A stretch of DNA of 64,000 bases. It comes from Candidatus Poribacteria bacterium (lineage in GTDB: Bacteria; Poribacteria; WGA-4E; UBA9662). Both the position numbers and the translations under genes were made by a program. Of the stretch, positions 56,275-64,000 are shown one piece after another (the stretch's first letter is position 1; every line of letters starts with the position of its first letter). The notes below the pieces were generated by a model. The model was not told where the DNA came from. It saw only the letters and a list, made by a program, of their open reading frames with translations, and made no database searches. Where the stretch lies: positions 1 to 64,000 of the forward strand of contig JAYZAL010000026.1 in assembly GCA_036339735.1 (NCBI GenBank), written 5' to 3'.

Positions 56275-59031
56275 ATGAAGAATAATCAGTTAACCAACAG
56301 TCGATGGATAAAATTATTGCTTGTCGGTCTGTTTCTGTTAATTCTGAACAGTGCTTACCTGATCAGCTTTGGTAGCCCTAACCTTTTTTATATCGGTAAC
56401 GTGCTACTTCATATTTCTCTCGGTCTAGTTCTGACTATTATTTCATCACTACTGCTAATCAACTGGTGGCCAATTTATGTTCGTAAGCATTTTGGCTTCT
56501 GGCGATTTGGTCATTTACTCCTCGCAGTTGCAATCATCTCTGGTGTTTGGCTGATGATTGTCGGTGGTACGCGCCCCAATCGCTGGCTTTTACTAACCCA
56601 CATCATCACAGCTTCGTTTAGTGTTCTATTTCTACTGAGTTACCTCATCCTGATTTTGAAGTTTTGGGTAAAACCATCTACAATAGTTCTATTAACTTCC
56701 ATATTATTTCCGTTGGGTATGTTGTTATTCCGTCAATACTTGCCTAACCCAGACTATCTAGTCAAAAATCCGACTGAAAATATACCAACTAGCATGTATG
56801 AAGAAGGAGGAGGCTCTAGCAGTCCTTTTTTTCCTTCTTCTGCAGAAACTGACACGGGGCAATTAATTCCAACCAACTTTTTCTTGACTTCAGAAACTTG
56901 TTCTGCCAAAGGCTGTCATACCGACATATATAATCAGTGGCATCAGTCTGCCCATCACTTTTCGTCTTTTAATAACCAATGGTATCAGAAGTCAATCACG
57001 TATATGCAAGATGTAAATGGTATTCAATCGTCTAAGTGGTGCGCTGGTTGCCACGATCTAGCGGTTTTATTCAATGGTGTTATGGATCAACCAATCCGAG
57101 AAAATTTGCACAGGCCTGAAGCTCAAGCAGGTTTAGCCTGTACAGCCTGTCATTCGATTGAAAGAGTTAAGGACACTATGGGAAATGGAGGTTATGTAAT
57201 TAAGTATCCACCTTTGCACGAGGTAGCAGCAAGTAAAAACCCAATTGTCCGGAAACTACATAATTACTTAATACGACTCGACCCTGAGCCACATCGCCGT
57301 AGCTTTTTAAAACCATTTCATCGAGAAAACTCAGCTGAATTTTGTTCAACTTGTCATAAAGTACACTTAGATGAACCAGTGAATAATTTCCGCTGGTTCC
57401 GTGGGTTTAATACTTATGATCAATGGCAAACTAGTGGCGTATCTCATCAAGGCGCTTTGTCTTTCTATTATCCCGAGAAAGCATTGGATTGTGTAGATTG
57501 CCACATGCCTTTAGTTGATTCACAGGATGCTGGTAATGTTAAAGGTAGAATCCATAGCCACCGATTCCCAGCCGCCAATACAGCATTACCCTTTGTGAAT
57601 CATCACCAAGAACAATTAGAAGCTGTAACTGCATTCTTAAAGGACGATCAGGTAACAGTAGATATTTTTGCTCTTAATCGTAAAGGCAAGACAACCCAAA
57701 TTGAAGAAGCTGTATTGCAGCCTGGAGAGGAGGTACGAATTGATGTGGTCGTCAGAACTCGAAAAGTCGGTCATCGCTTTCCAGCTGGTACGATTGACGC
57801 TTTCGACATTTGGTTAGAACTGAAAGCAGTAGACGAGAATGGAGTGGTAGTGTTTTGGAGCGGTTATATCGAGGCAGAAGATGGTAATGGTCCGGTTGAC
57901 TCCAGTGCTCATTTTTACAAATCTCATATGATTGATGCTCATGGAAACCCGATTAACAAACGAAATGCTTGGGCTACACGAACAGTTTTGTACAATCGAA
58001 CTATTCCACCTGGTGCGGCGGATACAGTTCGTTTTAAGCTAAAAGTGCCAGAAAATAGTACAGGAAAAATAAATTTTCAAGCTAAATTGAATTATCGAAA
58101 ATTCAACTGGTGGCACACTCAATGGGCTTACGCGGGTATTCGCGACCCCAATGATACTGATTTTGATTTAGACAAATCCTACGATGACGGGAAATGGGTC
58201 TTCACTGGAGACACATCCAAAGTAGCGGGTAAAATCAAACAGATTCCTAATTTACCAATTGTAGTTATGGCAGAGGATAAGATTTCAATTCCAGTGGGAA
58301 GTACATTTACAACGCCAAGCTTGAATCAATCACCTACAAACAACATTCGTGAACGATGGAACGATTATGGTATTGGTCTTTTACTGCAAGGAGATCTGAA
58401 ATACGCAGAAAAAGCATTTATAAAAGTAACAGAACTTGAACCCGATTATATGGATGGCTGGGTCAATGTCGCTCGCTGTAGAATTTCAGAGGGTGATATT
58501 GCTGGAGCTAAGGAAATGCTGAAAAAAGCTTTTGTCATTCAAAAAGGCTTGGCTTCTACTGACCCAAATCGAGCTAAAGTTCATTATTTTTATGCTCTGT
58601 CTTTGAAGCCACACGGCCTGTACGACGAAGCACTCGAGCACTTACAAAAAGCAGCAGATCAATTCCCACGAGATAAAAAAGTAAGGAATGAAATAGGCCG
58701 ACTATATTATCTGAAGAGAGAATATGATCAGGCTATCATTGAGCTGAAGAAAACCTTGGAAGTTGACCCTGAAAACCTAGATGCTCATTATAACCTGATG
58801 TTGTGTTACCGAGCCGTCGGAAACAAGATCGAGGCTGTGACGGCACAAAAGCTTTACTTACGTTTTAAAGCCGATGAGTCGGTTGATCAAATCACTGGTT
58901 TGGCACGACGAGCGGACCCAGACGCCAACCGAGAGCGACAGCCTATCCACGAACATACCTCAAATTATATCTCAGCCAGAACTTCGGCTTCTCTTTCCGA
59001 GCAATCCCCATTAGCGCAAAACTACGATTAG
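56275..59031 (+). CDS. Membrane-anchored multiheme cytochrome c (c554-like) with C-terminal TPR repeats
   Basis: About five N-terminal TM helices; CAGCH, CTACH, CSTCH, CVDCH plus atypical CSAKGCH; VGHRFPAGT; TPRs from RWNDYGIG to AHYNLMLCY. Confidence 0.88.
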   Translation: MKNNQLTNSRWIKLLLVGLFLLILNSAYLISFGSPNLFYIGNVLLHISLGLVLTIISSLLLINWWPIYVRKHFGFWRFGHLLLAVAIISGVWLMIVGGTRPNRWLLLTHIITASFSVLFLLSYLILILKFWVKPSTIVLLTSILFPLGMLLFRQYLPNPDYLVKNPTENIPTSMYEEGGGSSSPFFPSSAETDTGQLIPTNFFLTSETCSAKGCHTDIYNQWHQSAHHFSSFNNQWYQKSITYMQDVNGIQSSKWCAGCHDLAVLFNGVMDQPIRENLHRPEAQAGLACTACHSIERVKDTMGNGGYVIKYPPLHEVAASKNPIVRKLHNYLIRLDPEPHRRSFLKPFHRENSAEFCSTCHKVHLDEPVNNFRWFRGFNTYDQWQTSGVSHQGALSFYYPEKALDCVDCHMPLVDSQDAGNVKGRIHSHRFPAANTALPFVNHHQEQLEAVTAFLKDDQVTVDIFALNRKGKTTQIEEAVLQPGEEVRIDVVVRTRKVGHRFPAGTIDAFDIWLELKAVDENGVVVFWSGYIEAEDGNGPVDSSAHFYKSHMIDAHGNPINKRNAWATRTVLYNRTIPPGAADTVRFKLKVPENSTGKINFQAKLNYRKFNWWHTQWAYAGIRDPNDTDFDLDKSYDDGKWVFTGDTSKVAGKIKQIPNLPIVVMAEDKISIPVGSTFTTPSLNQSPTNNIRERWNDYGIGLLLQGDLKYAEKAFIKVTELEPDYMDGWVNVARCRISEGDIAGAKEMLKKAFVIQKGLASTDPNRAKVHYFYALSLKPHGLYDEALEHLQKAADQFPRDKKVRNEIGRLYYLKREYDQAIIELKKTLEVDPENLDAHYNLMLCYRAVGNKIEAVTAQKLYLRFKADESVDQITGLARRADPDANRERQPIHEHTSNYISARTSASLSEQSPLAQNYD

Positions 59032-59981
59032 CTATCAAGCAAGCAGTGTAAGCAATGTTGCCAATATTGTTTGATATAGTCTTGGGTGGGAGCTGGCAAA
59101 TCGGAGAAAAGATGATCTACCCATTTCGATAGTTCGGTTCCGGTTTCAGCTTCGATTGATCGCTTCTCCGGTAGAGATAAGGAACAATGAGTCTTTTGGT
59201 ATTTTTCTGAAGCTTTGTTATCGAAATCCACAACTTCAAATAATAAAAGATTGATGATCAACGCTGAAGTAATTCGTTTAGGCTCATCGAGTTCACCGTC
59301 GCTTATTCGGTGGCTAGAAAAAAGCTGTAGTTTTGGTAATGATCGAAAATAAACCAGTCTATGAAAGAGGTTATCTATTTGTTGATTTGCAACATTAAGA
59401 TCTAATAAATGAGAAATTGGCCGAGGACTGATTTGCAGTCCACACAGAGCTACCTCCGCTTTCTGAATAGTAATCTGTTCTTCTTCTAAATTTTCCAAAA
59501 AATCGGTTTCGTAAGCATTATAGCAAAGGATCGGTTTTAGATCGATAATGGTTTTTGGAATTTCCTCTAGGGTTGGTGGACAAAGCCGGCAAGACTCAAT
59601 GGTTTTAGTCGCTCTTTGTTTTAATTGTGTGATTAAAGTATTACCAATCTGAAAAAATTTCACCAACGGATTTTTACTTATCAGGTCAGGCGCTTTATCA
59701 ATATTCTGGTTGGTCGCGTAGTCCAAACCTAAACTTAGAAACCGAATGCCCTGCTCAACAGCTTTTTGAAGACCTCGAGCTCCAAAGTCGGTTGTTCGCA
59801 TTTTAATCAATTTGTGAGATATTTGGATCACTTGATCTTGAATCTGGTCAGCGAGGGAACGAGAGATTTGCCCCGACAGAACACCATTGCGGATAACACG
59901 GTGGAGGAAAAGCGAGTCACCGTCATTTGGCTCAAGCAACTGTAATGACTCTAATTTATTCTGATTCTGGCTCAACATCAA
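59028..59981 (-). CDS. Hypothetical protein resembling the C-terminal half of DUF6178
   Basis: FLSLGLDY...KAPDLISKNPLVKFFQIGNTLITQLKQRA motif, recalled from DUF6178-type proteins. Confidence 0.65.
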   Translation of the reverse strand: MMLSQNQNKLESLQLLEPNDGDSLFLHRVIRNGVLSGQISRSLADQIQDQVIQISHKLIKMRTTDFGARGLQKAVEQGIRFLSLGLDYATNQNIDKAPDLISKNPLVKFFQIGNTLITQLKQRATKTIESCRLCPPTLEEIPKTIIDLKPILCYNAYETDFLENLEEEQITIQKAEVALCGLQISPRPISHLLDLNVANQQIDNLFHRLVYFRSLPKLQLFSSHRISDGELDEPKRITSALIINLLLFEVVDFDNKASEKYQKTHCSLSLPEKRSIEAETGTELSKWVDHLFSDLPAPTQDYIKQYWQHCLHCLLDS

Positions 59982-60741
59982 CCAAATCTAGCTGATTTAG
60001 ATCAACCTGTTGTTGCAGTTGTTCTTCTGTGACTCTGATCCCGGTAGATTGATCTCTATCTTCTACTCTTACTTCTCTTTCAGATTGAATTTGTATCAGC
60101 CGTTGGCTCGAACTTCTGGGGTCGGATTGATTGAGATCAAATATTTCGCTCATCAAGCGGATGAACAACTCATAGTCAGCCTCCCAAACCGCATAACATA
60201 TTCCACGCGTTCGCTCATCTTCATAGCTAATTAGTTCAGATGTCGGATTTATCAAGCCGGTTTGTATTTGCAAAGCTCGAAACTCACCCTCAATTTCGAC
60301 TCGGCTACGTATCATCTCAGCTAAAACAGTTACATCGATTTGGTAAAGGAAATCAGCTAATTCTTCTGAATCAATATTCATCATTTCGAACAGCCAAAAA
60401 TCAAGTGCATCTTCATCTAGTTGTCCATCTTTCCATAGGGCGACATCCATGATTTCTTCAAATTGTTCCGCAGAAACACAAGACAACATAACCGAAGACA
60501 GGCCGGTTCCTAAGTGTAAATTCAGAACTTGTAAGATGTCTTCAGCTGAACTAGACTGAACCAGCTCAGTACAATCAGGAACTAACTCATATAAAGACTC
60601 TTTCTCGCGGGGGGTCTGGGCATTGGAAATCAAAGCTAACTGGTGATCAGTAGTATAGCTTTGGAATAACATTTCTGCGTGGCGGGTTGGAAGTCGAAAA
60701 AGCTCTTGTGTTTCTTGGTTTAGATCGACAAGCATCTCCAT
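59956..60741 (-). CDS. Acidic hypothetical protein resembling the N-terminal half of DUF6178
   Basis: ELVQSSSAEDI...SAEQFEEIMDVALWKDGQLD...FWL...DVTVLAEMI motif. Confidence 0.7.
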   Translation of the reverse strand: MEMLVDLNQETQELFRLPTRHAEMLFQSYTTDHQLALISNAQTPREKESLYELVPDCTELVQSSSAEDILQVLNLHLGTGLSSVMLSCVSAEQFEEIMDVALWKDGQLDEDALDFWLFEMMNIDSEELADFLYQIDVTVLAEMIRSRVEIEGEFRALQIQTGLINPTSELISYEDERTRGICYAVWEADYELFIRLMSEIFDLNQSDPRSSSQRLIQIQSEREVRVEDRDQSTGIRVTEEQLQQQVDLNQLDLVDVEPESE

Positions 60742-60902
60742 AATAATTACAACAGCCCTCTGTTCTCAGAACGGCCCTAATTCTAGCATAATTTTTCCAC
60801 CGATGCCTGTTTTTTGTCTTTTTACTGACAATGGGCTAGAGTTCGAGGAGACGTGATACAATAGGCTAAATTTTTTAAAGCATAGGCCAGAAGAGATCTT
60901 TA

Positions 60903-61502
60903 ATGAATTTTCTAGCTCACCTATTTCTATCTGAAGAAGACCCCGAAATTATGGTCGGTAACTTCATCGCTGACATGGTTAAGGGAAACAGCTTTTTAGG
61001 ATACCCAAGTACTATTGGCAAAGGTATTAGAATACATAGAAGCATTGATAAATTCACTGATAGCCACCCGACAGTTCAACTTAGTAAAAAGCGCTTACGC
61101 CCGAAGTATCGGAAATATGCAGGAGTTATTGTAGATATGTTCTACGATCACTTACTCGCTGTTGATTGGCACACTTACTCACCGATTCCTTTAGCTAGTT
61201 TTGCTGAGAAAGCTTACAAAACTCTTGGCAGCTACCAAGCGCTAATGCCACTTCGTGGCCAGCGTACCCTATTCTACATGCAAAAAGGAAATTGGTTGGT
61301 TAGTTACGCTGAACTATCAGGGATCAGCCAAGCTTTGGGTGGTCTTTCTAACCGGACTCGATACAAGTCAGGAATGGAACGATCGATAAATGATCTGCAA
61401 TCTGATTATTCAGCTTATCGAAATGAATTCTCTAGTTTTTTTCCTGAGTTAATCGAATTCAACCGATTGGAGTTGAATAAAATTCTAAGCGGAGCCAGTT
61501 AA
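60903..61502 (+). CDS. acpH: Acyl carrier protein phosphodiesterase (DUF479)
   Basis: MNFLAHLFLS; GNFIADMVKG; GIRIHRSIDKFTDSHP; YAGVIVDMFYDHLLA; NWLVSY; FFPEL. Confidence 0.93.
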   Translation: MNFLAHLFLSEEDPEIMVGNFIADMVKGNSFLGYPSTIGKGIRIHRSIDKFTDSHPTVQLSKKRLRPKYRKYAGVIVDMFYDHLLAVDWHTYSPIPLASFAEKAYKTLGSYQALMPLRGQRTLFYMQKGNWLVSYAELSGISQALGGLSNRTRYKSGMERSINDLQSDYSAYRNEFSSFFPELIEFNRLELNKILSGAS

Positions 61503-63094
61503 GAACTGCAGGATAAGGTCGAGCACCCAGGTCGGTTCCGGGCCCATTCTGGCCGTTTAGTGGCGTAGTCGTTTTGGTTAGGTTGTTCATCGTATGGATA
61601 CTGTAACAATTTCAAGAGTTCCTCGATAAACACGTGGTTTCCATTTTCTGCTTCTTCGATGGCCGTTTGGGCCAGATAGTTCCTTAGAACATATTTCGGG
61701 TTAACACGGTTCATCTTATCTCGCCGAACTCTATTAGACACTCCTTCTTGATTTACTTGCTTAATGTAATCAGAAAGCCATTGACCAATTTCATGTACAA
61801 TGTCGTCTGTAAGTTCTTCGGGCTGGTAGTAGGCACTAATTAGTGGTTCCATAAGTTCTCGATAGTTTATATCGGGAACCGGTATCTTCTCAGCGTCAAT
61901 CATGGCTAGCTGGCGATAGAAAATAGTCATATCAGTTTCAGCTAGGGCCAGGATTTTTGGGAGTTGAGTTATTAGTTTTTTGTTTGGCCGGTCTAAACCC
62001 AGTTTCCGGGTCATCATTGATTCCCAGCCTGACTCAAATATCTGCTTGTAACTATCAAGTGCGTTCAATAGCGGTTCTTTTTCCTGAGTTAAACAGTAAA
62101 TCGATTGGGCTAATTGGGCGAGATTCCAATGAGCAATGTGCGGTTGATTGCCAAAACAGTAACGTCGGCCGTGTGCATCGGTGGTATTTGGTGTCCACTT
62201 AGGATCATAGTTATCCAACCATCCGTAGGGTCCATAGTCGATGGTTAAACCCAAAATTGACATATTGTCCGTATTCATTACTCCGTGCACAAACCCAACT
62301 CTCATCCATTCGATTATTAACTCAGCTGTTAATTGGCAAACTTGCTTGAACCAATCAATATAAATTTCCGCTGATGGCCTCCCTAAATGGGGGAAATCAG
62401 TTTGAATTGTGTAGTCAACCAATTGTTTCAAAATATTAGTTTCGCCACGAGCTGCAAATATTTGAAAGCTGCCGAATCGGGTGAATGTAGGAGACACCCG
62501 GCAGACGACTGCTCCTGGCTCCATTTTAGGGTTTCCATCATAAAACATGTCCCGAAGTACCGTTTCGCCAGTGGTAATCAGACTCAAAGCTCGAGTAGTT
62601 GGAATACCAAGATGATGCATAGCTTCACTGCACAGAAATTCACGAATAGAAGATCGTAGGACAGCCAAACCATCTGCTTGACGGGAATATGGTGTAGGTC
62701 CAGCTCCCTTGAGTTGCAAAGCCCAACGATCTCCACTTTGGTTAACTATTTCACCGAGATTGATCGCTCTCCCATCACCTAATTGGCCAGCCCAATTTCC
62801 AAATTGATGGCCGCCATAACAGGTAGCGTAAGGTTGCATACCTGATAGTAATCGGTTGCCTGACATAGTTTGCACGAAGTCGGGTGAATGGCAGGCTTGT
62901 GAACTCAGATCGAGTAAGTTTGCTACTTGCGGGGAATACGCAACCAATTGGGGGTTTGTAACTGATTTCGGTTTCACATAAGAGAAGCAGGCACCTTCGA
63001 CTTGACGACAGAAGTTATCAGCTTCCGGGTCAGAGGGTAATTCTCTGGTGAACCGATTATCAAACTTTAGCTGCTGTAGTTCGTAATACATCAT
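61499..63094 (-). CDS. selO: Protein adenylyltransferase SelO/YdiU
   Basis: YGGHQFGNWAGQLGDGRA; LQLKGAGPTPYSRQADG; RSSIREFLCSEAM; GFVHGVMNTDN; IDYGPYG; NPKYVLRNY; C-terminal LSCSS. Confidence 0.96.
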   Translation of the reverse strand: MMYYELQQLKFDNRFTRELPSDPEADNFCRQVEGACFSYVKPKSVTNPQLVAYSPQVANLLDLSSQACHSPDFVQTMSGNRLLSGMQPYATCYGGHQFGNWAGQLGDGRAINLGEIVNQSGDRWALQLKGAGPTPYSRQADGLAVLRSSIREFLCSEAMHHLGIPTTRALSLITTGETVLRDMFYDGNPKMEPGAVVCRVSPTFTRFGSFQIFAARGETNILKQLVDYTIQTDFPHLGRPSAEIYIDWFKQVCQLTAELIIEWMRVGFVHGVMNTDNMSILGLTIDYGPYGWLDNYDPKWTPNTTDAHGRRYCFGNQPHIAHWNLAQLAQSIYCLTQEKEPLLNALDSYKQIFESGWESMMTRKLGLDRPNKKLITQLPKILALAETDMTIFYRQLAMIDAEKIPVPDINYRELMEPLISAYYQPEELTDDIVHEIGQWLSDYIKQVNQEGVSNRVRRDKMNRVNPKYVLRNYLAQTAIEEAENGNHVFIEELLKLLQYPYDEQPNQNDYATKRPEWARNRPGCSTLSCSS

Positions 63095-63134
63095 CTGTTC
63101 CTTTTTTATTATTCCAATCTAAAAACCAATTTGG

Positions 63135-64000
63135 CTAAAGCTCAAGAATCATTACCCACATTGGATTTTTGCCCAAGTATTGACTACGAAGAAAAGTTAA
63201 CAGACCAGTTTCGGGATCAATTTGATAGGTGGCTAATTTGCCAGAACCTTGACCTGCAGCAAAAAGGAAGCTACCACTTGGGTCGAGGTTAAATGTTCTG
63301 GGTATGGGTTCGGTTTCTTGCCTACCAATAGCTATTAAATTTTCGCCATCATCCGAAACCGAAAAAATAGCGATGCTGTCGTGCCCTCGATTAGCAACAT
63401 ACAGAAATTTACCACTTGGGTGAAGGTGGATTTGAGCACATGTGTTCTCTTCTCCAAATTTATCAGGTAGGGTCGAAAGAGTCTGATTGGCTTTCAAACT
63501 TCCATCGTCAGGATTAAACTGGTAAGTGGTTACGCTGGAACCATTCTCGTTTGCTACATAGATTACATTTTTATCGGGGTGATAGCAGTAATGACGAGGC
63601 CCATCCCCGTCGCCAGCTTTTATGATGGGAACAGGATTAGGATGAAGTTGGCCAGTTTTTACAGAAAATAAAAATTGATAAATCGAGTTAGGTTCGACAG
63701 TATGAGGCACGAAGGCGTAGCGATTACTAGAATCAGTAATTATACAATGTGCATGTTTGGCAGTATCAATCCAGCAAGCCGGTTGAGCATGTACTGTTTT
63801 GTCGTCATTAAGCGGATTGGAAGCAACTCCACCGGCACCATAGTAGGCAGACAATAAGTATCTATCTGTGCGATCTAGAGCGATATAACAAGGGTTAGAA
63901 GGAAGCTTGGTTTGGCCAATAAAGCTGAGATTGCCACTGGGAGCATCGAGACAAAATGTGGCAACTTGCTCGGTCGAGCGAAGCCCTGCGTAAAAATGTC
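63135..64000 (-). CDS. pgl: Lactonase family seven-bladed beta-propeller (6-phosphogluconolactonase-like), 5' end beyond window
   Basis: Frame stays open to base 63998 (HFYAGLRST...RYLLSAYYG); HAHC; GDGPRH; IHLHPSGKFLYVANRGHDSIA; PRTFNLDPSG. Confidence 0.88.
   Translation of the reverse strand, partial: HFYAGLRSTEQVATFCLDAPSGNLSFIGQTKLPSNPCYIALDRTDRYLLSAYYGAGGVASNPLNDDKTVHAQPACWIDTAKHAHCIITDSSNRYAFVPHTVEPNSIYQFLFSVKTGQLHPNPVPIIKAGDGDGPRHYCYHPDKNVIYVANENGSSVTTYQFNPDDGSLKANQTLSTLPDKFGEENTCAQIHLHPSGKFLYVANRGHDSIAIFSVSDDGENLIAIGRQETEPIPRTFNLDPSGSFLFAAGQGSGKLATYQIDPETGLLTFLRSQYLGKNPMWVMILEL

Noticed and set aside
61499-61530. Possible selenocysteine at the SelO C-terminus
   Set aside because: The penultimate motif is encoded as Cys (LSCSS) followed by TAA; there is no in-frame TGA.
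1-64000. CRISPR arrays, tRNA/rRNA genes, transposases, integrases, prophage or defence genes
   Set aside because: Reading by eye found no regularly spaced repeats, tRNA cloverleaf/T-loop contexts or such protein motifs. A cmscan or DefenseFinder run would be needed to exclude divergent cases.

Overview
A gene-dense, roughly 40% GC (by eye) bacterial chromosomal segment with about 55 CDSs. I found no rRNA, tRNA, CRISPR array, transposase or phage gene. Three things point to Candidatus Poribacteria, probably a low-GC planktonic lineage (inference, not a database result): five PhyH-family 2OG/Fe(II) dioxygenases, a LamG protein ending in a 'K-x-x-T-T-W-G-x-x-K' tail, and a 1622-aa exoprotein ending in an 'NYPNPFNPETWI' FlgD-Ig/T9SS-like sorting domain. 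Content includes sugar/sugar-acid catabolic enzymes (enolase-superfamily dehydratase, amidohydrolase, iolG-like and Gfo/Idh/MocA oxidoreductases, murQ, glpK, FAH-family, sialidase-like, GH13, lactonase), housekeeping genes (ndk, aspartate aminotransferase, asd, two DnaJ, acpH, selO), a cluster of outer-membrane/T9SS-like genes (40.6-50.1 kb) and a membrane multiheme cytochrome c-TPR protein. Highlights: (1) larC is split into two ORFs joined by an A9 slippery tract with an open -1 frame, suggesting recoding; (2) a candidate divergent T9SS-like export system with two PorV-like barrels, a large barrel with SprA-like motifs and two different C-terminal sorting-like tails; (3) a near-consensus UxuR/ExuR-type GntR operator beside a sigma70 promoter ahead of a PhyH/hydrolase/dehydratase run; (4) paired palindromes ahead of a Nif3-dehydrogenase-isomerase cluster; (5) a DUF6178-like protein apparently encoded as two overlapping genes.
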